A DNA stretch of 63,188 nucleotides, the filler included, from Ministeria vibrans ATCC 50519 (Eukaryota; Protista; Filasterea), in the NCBI GenBank assembly GCA_943704425.1. It is 8 parts of 8 records of this genome, joined end to end, with 100 filler letters (N's around TTAATTAATTAA, not from the genome) between each part and the next. Parts side by side here need not be neighbours in the genome. Positions count along the whole stretch, not along the records: positions 1 to 22,631 come from CALSCP010000263.1; positions 22,732 to 28,648 come from CALSCP010002339.1; positions 28,749 to 44,096 come from CALSCP010001515.1; 5 more parts are not named here. The stretch is one strand, 5' to 3'. The notes beneath the pieces were generated by a model. The model saw only the letters and a program-made list of their open reading frames with translations, did not search any database and was not told the origin of the DNA. Every line of letters begins with the position of its first letter. Positions within the stretch are counted from its first letter, which is position 1. The translations under genes and the position numbers were made by a program. Positions 12,001 through 30,023 of this stretch are shown one piece after another.

Positions 12001-14037
12001 ATGGACAATGTGTGGAAATTTGTCTGTTGAATGAGATTCAGCACGATTCGGGAGGAAAATGTCTTTACTCTGGTATGATCGTCGTCTTTGAGTCGAGGCG
12101 CGATGTTTTCACTGAATATTTTGTTTTTTTCTTCTGCATTTTCACATTTTATATGGATGTAGGATGGAATGATCTTCCCGTAGGGCACCACTGCCATTCA
12201 CGCAACAACTGTGAAACAGGACTTTTGTGCATTGCCCAACAATGCGCAGCGTGTGAAGCGAAAGCGCCGTCACTACTGTTCAGTCAACGCTGGTCTATTT
12301 CCTCAGCATCTTCCGGTGCGTCCGTTGTCAATTCAAACACGGATTTTCTATTGCTGCGCAACTACGTAAGTTATCATGCTTTTTCTTTTTTTCCTTATAT
12401 TTTTGCCTCATCCTGTAACTCTGTAGCATTATAATTGGGGATCGCGTTTGTCCGCACACGTTTTGATTCAAAACTCAGGGAGTACTTGGATGCAATCAAG
12501 TGGCTGTAGTGTGATTTTGCGGTTTACGTTCACATCAACTGGAAATGGGGTAAGAGAAAGAGAGCAAGAGAGGCAGGCGAGAGACAAATGACAAATCTAA
12601 TGTTGGGCCGATTTGTATCTCACCTTTAATGTGTAGGCGGTGGAGATACATCGGGGAAGTCAGAAGCTGTGCTCATTTGCTAATGCTGGCACACACGAGT
12701 GCGACATCACCTCCGTGTATGCCCAGGCGCGCTCTGGGTCTCTAGTGTTGGTCTTTTCAAGCCCAACATTTGCGTATGTGACAATCACACTCTTTGCATT
12801 CATCAACTCATTTTTTTGGTTTTTTTTGTCTCTGACCTCATTGGATTAGGTGGATCACTACGAAAATTGCACTGCAGAGCAATCGTCCTACAGTGGTGTT
12901 CCGACCACCTGCAGCGAATGGTCAGCGTCGCGCTGAAGATGTGGAGGATGAGAGTGACGTGTTTGGTGATGAAGCGATGTCACGAGTGCCAGTTGAGGAG
13001 GTGTTGGGGGCGCGGCTGATGTGTACGAGCGCGGATGATACGCGTGATGCCGACGGAGCGTGTGTGTGGGCAGCAGGGGAGGTACCCAGTGGGCATGCGT
13101 GTATGCTGGACAGTGACTGTGCGGTATGTGTGCAGAGAGGTTTCTTTTGCATGGTTGGGACTTGTTTTTGATGATGTTCGACAATTTTGTTTTTGGTAGT
13201 CGAACGTGTGCTCGGTGGACACGCAGAAGCGGTACATGGTGGCTCATGGAACGTGCATGGGGTTGCATGTGGAGCGACGTGCAGTGGTTGAGCAGGCGGA
13301 GGAGTGGACATCGAGCAGCAGCAGTAGCACCGCACTTGTCAGTGGAACTTGTGCGTGGGGTGAGGAGGCACAGAACCAGCGATACCGCAATGCTCGCAAC
13401 TCGCTGTGCGATGCGACTGTTGGACTGGTGCGTCATGAGAGAGTTTGAAGGAGAGAGAGAGGAAGAGGAAGAGGAAGAAGAAAGAAACAAAAGGATGGAG
13501 AGTGAGAGAGGGGGAAGAAAGAAACAGTTAGTGATATATTAGAGGAATAGAGAGAGAGGGAGAGAAATAGAGAGAGAATGACTTATTGACATGCATGATT
13601 GTGTGTGTACTGTTGGTGTGTTAGGTCCAAGCTGTTGGCAAAGTCGGGTATAGCACTCTGGAGATAATGATTGAACTGTTTATGTCTGCATTCAACCTGC
13701 GTCTGCTGGAGCTCAGTATTGATCTGCAGCCCGGCAAGCTGGCCGGTTCGATTGGCGTAAGTTTGAAGAGAGCAGTGTAAACACGTGGTATAGACCCGAT
13801 GGCTAACGTTTTCGCGTTGTGCTCTCTCTCCGTCTCATTCGTTTATTTATTACTCGTCTGTAGTTCAAGCTGTTTGCGCGTATCTTTGGGTCGGACGTGA
13901 GCTTGAACTGGACTGTGGATCTCAGTAGTATCGCGCGAACCATTGACCATCTCATTCTTGGATTGGCTGCCAAGATTTGTACGCATCTAGCTATTGGATC
14001 GTTGCTCTGCATCGAAATTACCAACACGATGGCCTAA
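52..14037 (+). CDS. Giant secreted multidomain protein (~3,500 aa, ~34 exons): signal peptide, EGF repeats, two C2-like domains, beta-rich core, coiled coil, fibronectin type II, CBM/discoidin-like, CBM96/DNRLRE-like, LamG-like and Cys-rich modules
   Basis: ATG52 with signal peptide MRSCKFLPLTLISYLYVLLTLPSSTA. Exons spliced in phase by hand: 52-465, 537-884, 996-1073, 1137-1219, 1551-2472, 2549-2703, 2830-3667, 3742-3946, 4009-4074, 4379-4461, 4521-4652, 4751-4878, 5024-5955 ... 9351-~11697 ... 13626-~13756, 13864-14037 (TAA). Ca-EGF repeats (NINDCxSxxCLNGGTCxDG); FN2 (TGKACVPFMFQNHRFEGCTTLGREFEWCA...WERC); ADGFV...RRVVYLEFDLS...SATLSLW; WNHFGVIV...FFING. Some exon boundaries between 6 and 13 kb are approximate. 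Confidence 0.8.
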
Positions 14038-14178
14038 AGAGTGTGTGTGGCAAAGAGGTGTGTTCGGAGGCTCAAGGGTGATGAGAGAGAGAAAAAAAAA
14101 CCAAAAAAACCAAACCAACCGGAAAATGAAGCAATCACACTCTTTCTTTGTGTTTCAATCAAGTAAAATATAATTATT

Positions 14179-15635
14179 ATGATTGTAATTCGTCTCTATG
14201 TAAGGATGAGCAACAATTGAAAAGTGTGAAGTTGACTAGTTGAGTACGTACACTCACGGTTTCACTAGTCACTACACTGTACGTTATGGGAGCTGGCAAA
14301 CGAGGGAGATGCCCTCCAGTGTGAGTCATTCGTTTATCGTTTCTTTCAATCTTGATGACTTGTTTCATATGATTGTTATTTTCAATTTTGCTTCTCCACA
14401 TTTTTCTGCTCTCTCTTTCTCTTGCTCTTACTTTTGGAGCATCAGTCATCAACGCCTGTGATTCTGTGACACATTTTCCCAAGCACTTGTGGTTGATTCG
14501 TGTCTTGCGGTGGTCATTATGCGGTTTTCACTTCACTCGGCGTTTGTGGTTTTGCTGCTCTGCTCAGTGTCACGCTGTGCTCTTGCGGAGAGACAGCGCA
14601 AGCCAGGCAACATGGCGCCTGGAAACAAAGCTCACACTGGCACCCTGGAGGAAATCGGTACGTCAGAAGACGCAGAGAGAGAGTGAGTGAGTGAGTGAGA
14701 GAGAAGCGAAAGCCAATTGTCGTTCTTTCTGCTACGCTCTGCTTTGCTCCTTCGACTGTTGCTGAAGCGCCATCCCTAGCTCTGGTTGGTCTTCCACAGA
14801 CAATCAAACACATGGGTGGGTCTCCTACTCTTATAGTGTGTGTTATTGTTGTCCTTTTTGCTTTGACTCAAAATATGACATTTTGGTCCTTTCAATCTAA
14901 TTCTGCAACGTGCTCATCTCTTCTTTATCTTTTTTTGAGAGTTAATCAGGCTTCGGCGTAAACCTTGCCTTGTTTACTTTGTTGACGTATTATTATTATA
15001 ACTTTTTTTTTTTTGCTTTCTGCAGCTCATATGATACAATTGACTCAGTGTGTTATTTCTCAAAGCGTCTTTTTGGTTCTTCCCGTCTTTTTTAATACTT
15101 GATCTGAGCTTGTTCAGTTTTGGCGCATGTACATCATATTGCTTTGGTGTCATTTGTTTTGCGTTTAAATCTAAATAAGATCTGCTCTGCAAACTCTCTC
15201 TTTCTGAACATTTTTTTTGCAGAGAAAGACGTGGACCGAATGCTGACCAATCGTAAAGCCTCCCTTCCGGCTCTTCGAGATCTTGCCTTGACCTTAACCA
15301 CAAAGGGTACGCAGAAAATTTAGGATCCGCTCAATCATTATTATAAAAATAATACGTCGTCAACTTTTTTTTGTGTCTGTTGATTTTAGTGGAACATTTG
15401 CCCTTTTGCATCAAAGTCTTCGAGTACGTTTATATAATTATCTTAAAAAAATGCCGTATGAATGGTGTCTCGGGTTGTTTTTGGTAGGGAGCTGGTCAAA
15501 CGTTTGCCCTCAGAGCTGTCGGCAAGACAGGATCTCGCCACAGCACTGATGAGCTACAGTATGGCCATTGGCGACACGCTGGATCAACAGACGCGCACTA
15601 AACACATTTGGGTAAGACAATGGTGATACATACAT

Positions 15636-15684
<49 letters not shown>

Positions 15685-16409
15685 TTATTAATATTATTAT
15701 GTTACACTAGTATAAAATTTTCGAAAACCTTATTCGTGCGCACTCTCTGTACAACTCGGTTGTAAAGGTAAATTTCTGATTATTTTATTATTAGTATCAT
15801 GAGAACCACGACCAACCACTCTGCGTCTCAATATTGTTTAGAAACTGCCAGCTCCTACACGCAAGGACGTGATGGAGTCAATGGCGCGAATCCGACACGT
15901 GCTGAAGCAAAACTTTGCCGAGTACGCCATTATAATAATATAATATATAATTAGATGTTGGTGTTGTGTGTTTTTTTTTGTTTTTCATTTTTATTGATGA
16001 TTGTAATTTTTGGGGTTTCATGTGAGTCAAGATGAGCAATATACTGTCAGCTATAATGCCTCTGTGATATTTAATTTTGATGTTGGGTGTTAGTTTGTGT
16101 CCGAGCTTGTCGTGCCTTATGCGCAAGACCCTAAGCTCGTCAGATGATGTGCCATTGGCTCCCGTCCAGACGGAGGAGGACATTTCAAAGGTGATTATAT
16201 ATAAATAGCAGTCATAATAATAATAAAACAAAGTATATTAACAATTATTACGGGTTTGTTTTGATTGTTGCGATTAGGTGCTTGAGAGGGACGCTCGTTT
16301 GGAGGACGAAGGGGCTGGTGCGCTGCTTGAGAATGACGACGAGGAGACGCATGACGAGGCAGACGACGACGAAGACATGGACAAGCTCTTTGGCAGTGAT
16401 GAGCTTTGA
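14179..16409 (+). CDS. Uncharacterised multi-exon helical protein with acidic C-terminus and several micro-exons
   Basis: GC-richer exons with GT-AG flanks read MIVIRLY|SLHCTLWELANEGDALQ|LSRCALAERQRKPG...EKDVDRMLTNRKASLPALRDLAL...ELVKRLPSELSARQDLATALMSYS...VLERDARLEDEGAGALLENDDEETHDEADDDEDMDKLFGSDEL*. The 5' exon structure is uncertain and no family was recognised. Confidence 0.5.
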
Positions 16410-16834
16410 AAAGTTCAATAGTATAATGTTTATTGACTTTTCCTGAATAATAATAAGTATGACCGAATATTCATCATCCACTTTTTCTTGTCGTTGACTC
16501 GTTGGTGGCACCACAGTGGATGACTACGTAGTTGTAGGCAGTAGGGGGTGTTTTCTGGAGTGCGCAATGCGGCGAAATGAATGGAAGAAATTGAATGTTT
16601 TTGCAGAGCCGTAAATAATATCTCATTTAAAACGTCTTTGTCATTTTCAACTTGAAACTTTATTTTCTCAAACTTAAGCTTTCTAAGAACAGCTGTTTGT
16701 GTTTTAATGTTTTTTTTTTTGTGAATTGACATGTTGTTGTTTTTGTTGTTGCAGCTCAGATACAATTTTCATCTTCACAAGAGAAAAATTAATCGAAATT
16801 CGAAAAAATCAGAATTACTCGATTGACTTTGCAG

Positions 16835-17233
16835 ATGTTGGACATCTACGATCCACCGGACGACGGAGAGAACAAGAAGGCGAAGCGAGTCGAGACGCCT
16901 TACGTGCTGGAGAGGGAAATTGGCATGCTTCGTGAAATGGCGCCCGATTTGGGCATCTCACAGGCCCTTCAGCAGGCTGCCAAGCGAGTGGACGGGTATG
17001 CGGCGCGCGTGCGCGTGGACACGGAGTCCGTCCTGCCGGGAGCCGTCTTTTGTGCAGTGGGCGCGTTGTTCGTTGCCGTCGTTGTGCGCCATCGGCCCCT
17101 GCCGCAGCGAATCGCGCTTCCCTGGAGCGCCTTTGCCGTCCTTGCCTACGCGAACTACCCACGCACCCTACGGAACATCGTGCGACCGCCCCCGGCGTCT
17201 CAGCAGGACGAGCAAGACCATTTGGAGTTGTAA
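16835..17233 (+). CDS. MICOS subunit MIC26/MIC27 (apolipoprotein O family)-like
   Basis: LDIYD...TPYVLEREIGMLRE...ESVLPGAVFCAVGALFVAVVVRHRPLPQRIALP...YANYPRTLRN fits the ApoO/MIC26 pattern of two hydrophobic segments joined by a basic loop. The ATG follows TTGCAG, so an upstream exon is possible. Confidence 0.65.
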   Translation: MLDIYDPPDDGENKKAKRVETPYVLEREIGMLREMAPDLGISQALQQAAKRVDGYAARVRVDTESVLPGAVFCAVGALFVAVVVRHRPLPQRIALPWSAFAVLAYANYPRTLRNIVRPPPASQQDEQDHLEL

Positions 17234-17250
17234 CTTATTTTGTATACATA

Positions 17251-17513
17251 TCGATTGATTTCAGCCACAAGAACGATCAGTATTACGTGTGGACCAGGAT
17301 GACACACTACGCCTGCACGATAGGCTGTTGTTGCTGCTCTCCATATTTTACAGTTGTATCTAAATACCGATTGATTTCAGCCACAAAAACGATCGGTATT
17401 ACGTGTAGAGCGTAAGCCACTAAGACCAGGATGAGAATTGATACACTACGCCTGGTCTGTCTGTCTGTCGCCTGCACGATAGGGTGTTGTTGCTTTTCTT
17501 CATTTTCCATATT
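17251..17513. repeat. Imperfect tandem duplication (~100 and ~145 bp copies)
   Basis: CGATTGATTTCAGCCACAAxAACGATCxGTATTACGTGT...GACCAGGATGA...CACTACGCCTG...CACGATAGG...TGTTGTTGCT...TCCATATT occurs at ~17252-17347 and ~17368-17513. Confidence 0.9.
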
Positions 17514-17605
17514 CGCCGATTAAATTTTCGCTAAATTTTAACCATTATTCACAAACAGTGCATTTTTTTTTCTCCCTCTGACCACACACTGACACTCTGT
17601 CTGCA

Positions 17606-22382
<4,777 letters not shown>

Positions 22383-22505
22383 CTTTGTAGAGTTTTTTGA
22401 TCGAGAGGCGATAAAATAAAAAAATGGAGGAATGTATATTTTTTCACAATCATTTAGATATGTAAAACTGTAAAATTGTATAGACACTTATTTTCTCTCA
22501 TTCTC

Positions 22506-22631
22506 TCAAGAGATGACACCATTGCCGTACTTGTACAGAACAATGTCACCGTTGTTGGCTGTGCCTCCGCTCCACTCGTTCCAGATGCGCCCCACCAGCG
22601 CAGACTGGAACGTGTTGCTACGGTCCAGTGT
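22506..22631 (-). CDS. 3' end of an unknown gene truncated by the contig edge
   Basis: Minus strand reads TLDRSNTFQSALVGRIWNEWSGGTANNGDIVLYKYGNGVIS-TGA with coding-like GC, convergent with the FG-GAP gene. Confidence 0.45.
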   Translation of the reverse strand, partial: TLDRSNTFQSALVGRIWNEWSGGTANNGDIVLYKYGNGVIS

Positions 22632-22731
22632 NNNNNNNNNNNNNNNNNNNNNNNNNNNNNNNNNNNNNNNNNNNNTTAATTAATTAANNNNNNNNNNNNN
22701 NNNNNNNNNNNNNNNNNNNNNNNNNNNNNNN
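22632..22731. other. Artificial contig spacer N44-TTAATTAATTAA-N44 (six-frame stop linker)
   Basis: Identical 100-nt blocks also at 28649-28748, 44097-44196, 49559-49658, 53486-53585, 57348-57447 and 60409-60508. Genes are truncated at each. A separate 10-N scaffold gap lies at 7120-7129. Confidence 0.98.
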
Positions 22732-22747
22732 TCGCATTATTATATTG

Positions 22748-25834
<3,087 letters not shown>

Positions 25835-25994
25835 CTCTCTCCTAATCTCTCTCTCGCTTTTTGTTTTTGTACTCTCCTTTTCTTCTTCTTCTCTCTCACT
25901 TTACATTCTCTTCTACTTTTGAATGAAGAGAACTCAAATAATAATTATTATTATACCAAAAAAGAAGGAAAATAAAAAGTTCATTCGGGACCTA

Positions 25995-27223
25995 CTACTG
26001 ATGGGCCTTGCGACGAGAGCGGACCTGAGAGGCATGGCCTTGGACGCGCTCCTCAAAACGCAGCGGCTGCGACTTCTTCTTGCGCTTGGTAGGCTGCAGG
26101 GCGGCTGCTGAGGGCGAATGGGCGAGGGGGTCACGCTTGGTGACGGGAATGGCGGGAGGGGCGGGAGGGGCGGCGGTGGCAGGGGACGCAGCCGTCTTCC
26201 TCTTCTTCTTGGTGGCGGTGGCCGTTGTAGCGGGGGCAGCAGTGGTAGTGGTAGTGGTAGTAGTAGTGGTAGTGGCAGTAGAGGTGGGGGCAGTCGCAGC
26301 GGCGGCGGCGGCGGCGGAGGAGGAGGACGAGCCGGCTACAAGGGTGTCCCATGTCGCCTTCGCCTTGCGTTTGCGGCTCTTTTTGCCTGTCTCCAACACC
26401 TCATCGTCAAGTGTGCTCACATCGATGTCGTCCGACGGCACAGGACCCACTGTCGCCTCGTGAGCGTCCAGGGCAGCAGCAGCACGCTCTCCGCCATGCA
26501 GGTCGTCCGCATCAAAGTTGGCCATGACACGGATGCCTCGGAACGACTGCTCCACCGTCGGCATCTTGGCGCGACGGAATCCCTTCATGCCCGATACAGC
26601 CCCCTCTGCCTCCTCGGTAGTCTCTTCCTCGGCCGGCGGCGCAGGAGCAGTCTTTGCCTCAGCAACAGCAGCATCGGAGGAGGATGGCAGCGGTGCACCC
26701 CCTCCAGTTTCAGTGGTAGTAGTAGAAGTAGTGGTAGTCGTAGAAGTAGTGTCAGTGGTGGTGGCAGTGGCCGGTGGGTCATCGTCAAAGGGGGGGCGAG
26801 AGAAGTACGGAACGCGACCACGCAGCCAGTCGTTGAGAAGCATTCGCGCCGCTGTGTTCACGTCAGGTTCGCCTCCCTATGTAGCCCAATAAGTGGTTAG
26901 CTTTTGTTCGTGTGCGTGTCATTGTGGTTTTAGGTGCGTGTGTTTGGGTACTTTGAGGAGACGACCGCCACGACCAGCCACTTGCTCAAGGAAGTCAATG
27001 TGGTTCTTCCACTTGACCACATTGTACGTCTGAGATGAAAACAGAAAGTGAGTGAGTGAGTAAGTGTGTGTGTAGGGGTCGCACTAAAAGTATGATACCT
27101 TGACGAGATACTCACGCTTGACGCGGGCCATGAGCTCCTCCACGTAATCCGCAGGGTTCTTCACAGCCTCCACACGTACCACTCCCTATCGCACAGAACA
27201 GTCAAGAGTCAAACAAAAAGCCC

Positions 27224-27296
<73 letters not shown>

Positions 27297-28366
27297 AGAG
27301 AGAGAGAAACATAGTGATAGAGAGAGAGAGGAGGGAGAAAGAAACAAAGTAATAGAGAGAGAGAGAGGAGGGAGAAAGAAACAAAGAGAGAGAGAGAGAG
27401 AGAGAGAGAAAGAGGGAGAGAGAAAAGACAGACAAGCATACACACGCATCGTCCCCACCTTGAGAATAGTGTCCGTCTCAGTGTCTCCCGAGTCATAGAC
27501 GACGCCCGGACAGTCGACCAGGAAGATTTTGCGTGTCAATGTGATGTACTGCCACACTTTGGTCTCGCCCGGCACTGGCGCAACCATGCAGACCTTCTTG
27601 GCGCGCAGTGTGTTGATCAGAGACGACTTTCCCACATTCGGATACCCAATGATCCCAACACTATAATGATAATAATTTAATAAAATAATTATTATGACTC
27701 ATTTGATCAGAATTGGTTATAAAATATAAGTCTCACCTGATCTGTTTCTTGTCGGAATGCAAAAGGGAGAACTGGCGCAAGAGCTGAATGAGAGAGCCCT
27801 TGCCGAAGGGATGGGCAATGCTGGCGTGAAATGCGATAGTCGGGTACTCATGAGAAAGCAGGCGGACCCAGCGTGCCGTCGCCCAGGTGGGGACCAAGTC
27901 ACACTTGTTGAGCACAAACACAAGGTGCTTGTGCGGCTTCTCGGTGCGGATGAACTTCTCAATGTACGGTGATCGCGTGCCCATCGGATTGCGCGCATCC
28001 AGAACCTACGTCATGTTCAGTCACTCGTATTGGCACACGGGCACAGGGGTCTTACCTGAATGATAATGTCACTGCTGTCAATCACTTTGTACAGCTCGTT
28101 CCAAATGCGCTTTGACTGTCCTTTGCTGAAAATGCGCTCTCCCAGCTCCTTTCGCGTGCCATCGTCCTCCTGTACAATATTCTTGTCCTAACACACAAAC
28201 GACCAACACGAGAACACAACCAACAGTGAGTTGAAGCAACAGTGACAAAAAAAAAACAAAAAAAAGACAGACCTTTTCAGGCGCATACGACTCGGCCAGT
28301 TCGTCGCCTCGTTGCGCGAGTTCTTCCACGCCTGAAATTGTCAGTTTGGGTCTTTTTCTTTGTCCT
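25995..28366 (-). CDS. GNL2: Nucleolar GTP-binding protein 2 (Nog2/GNL2), 5' truncated
   Basis: [84 protein letters not shown]...[12 protein letters not shown]. Confidence 0.95.
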
Positions 28367-28479
28367 CTATACACAAGAAAGCAATAAACAGTGTCAAGAG
28401 AGGAGGGGGAGAGGAGGGAGAAGAAATATGAAAGGAGAGAGAGAAAGGAGGGAGATGGAAACAAAATGATACAAAGGCG

Positions 28480-28565
<86 letters not shown>

Positions 28566-28751
28566 TGTGTGTGTGTGTATGTATGTATGTGATAATGATG
28601 ATGATGGTGGTGGTGGTGATGATGATGATGCTGATAAAATAGAGCGTCNNNNNNNNNNNNNNNNNNNNNNNNNNNNNNNNNNNNNNNNNNNNTTAATTAA
28701 TTAANNNNNNNNNNNNNNNNNNNNNNNNNNNNNNNNNNNNNNNNNNNNACG

Positions 28752-28818
<67 letters not shown>

Positions 28819-28865
28819 TCAAATAGGATTAGAGGTCGTTCTGGGACATCTTTTTTAGACGCGTA

Positions 28866-29771
28866 CTCTGAGAGAGACACAAGTGACTGAAGTTGCGCCG
28901 AATCGGAAATGTCGTTTCCTTCTATGTTGAGTAGCTCAAGATGGGGCAGTGTGAGTGGACAGGAGATGTGGGTGAGGCCGTTGTAGCAAGTGTGGAGTTG
29001 CCGAAGCGAGGGCATCGCAGCTGTGATCAAACTCAGTTGGTTCCAGTCGCGTAGTCGCGATTTGTTGATGAACAAGTGCGTGAGTCGAGCAAAGGAAGCG
29101 CACGGTCGCAGTGGACGTTCGAGGGGTGCAACAATGTTGCCGCTGACGTCGAGCTGACGCAGATCGCGTAGACCACGTAGCACACGGTGCAATGATGTCC
29201 ACGAGGAAAACAGATTGTCGCCAATGTTGAGTTCGACGACGCGTGGAATGAGCTGCGCCAATTGGGCTTGGCCGCACTCGTCCGTGCCGTCACAACAACA
29301 CGCACACTGGGCTTGCTCGTCGCTCTCCGCTTCCTCCGCCTTCTCGTCGTCGTCGGCACGCGAGATCACAAGTCCTTTGCACACCACCTTGACGAGGCGC
29401 GCCAGCTGGCTCTGCTTCTCTGCGACTTTATCGGCGCCGACAAAAGTGACGGAGATGTCGTGACCCGAACGTCCGTCGCGAATTCGCATGTCACTGGAGC
29501 AGTCAGCGGCGTCGCCGTAGCGCGACACAATGGCGCTTGCAAGTGACTGAGTCTTGGTGACCTTGGACAGCCTCACAAAGCTGGCAGCGGTCGGCGAGTC
29601 GCTCAGACGACACTGGAAGTACCGCCGCCCTTTGTGCGCTCCGTCGTGTCGACCGCGCGTCGGATCGTCCCACTCGACGCCGATCCACTCGCCCTCAACG
29701 CCCTCCACCCCTCCCACAAACCGTACGGTGGCGCGGTGGCCGGCGATATCGACTCTGTCAAGTTCCTTCAT
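28866..29771 (-). CDS. TBCE: Tubulin-specific chaperone E (CAP-Gly + LRR), 3' truncated
   Basis: ATVRFVGGVEG...WIGVEWDDPTRGRHDGAHKGRRYF...ASFVR followed by leucine-rich repeats. Confidence 0.9.
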
Positions 29772-30023
29772 CAAAAATTAATTGAATATTAATTTCATTG
29801 GAAAAAATTATTCATGGAATTATGGATAATGGAAACGTATACAAAGAGTAAAGAACTCGTCACGAGCGCGTAACTCCAATCTCCGCAAACAAATTCACAT
29901 TTCAAGTCTTTTCAGTCATTTGCTTGATCAACGAATCTCATCCAGTCAATTCATTCGCAAGATAGTGCGTCTTTGTGACCAAACGAAAAATTAAATAACC
30001 AAAAAAAAATTATTTGTCTTCAA

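Noticed and set aside
14200-14330. SECIS, IRE, riboswitch or snRNA
   Set aside because: No GA quartet with proper helix II, only 3 bp around CAGTGT, no recognisable snRNA or TPP consensus, and no in-frame Sec TGA in neighbouring genes.
17251-17513. C/D-box snoRNA pair in the duplication
   Set aside because: A CTGA is present on the minus strand, but the C box is poor or missing in one copy and no convincing rRNA-antisense element of 10 nt or more was recognised.
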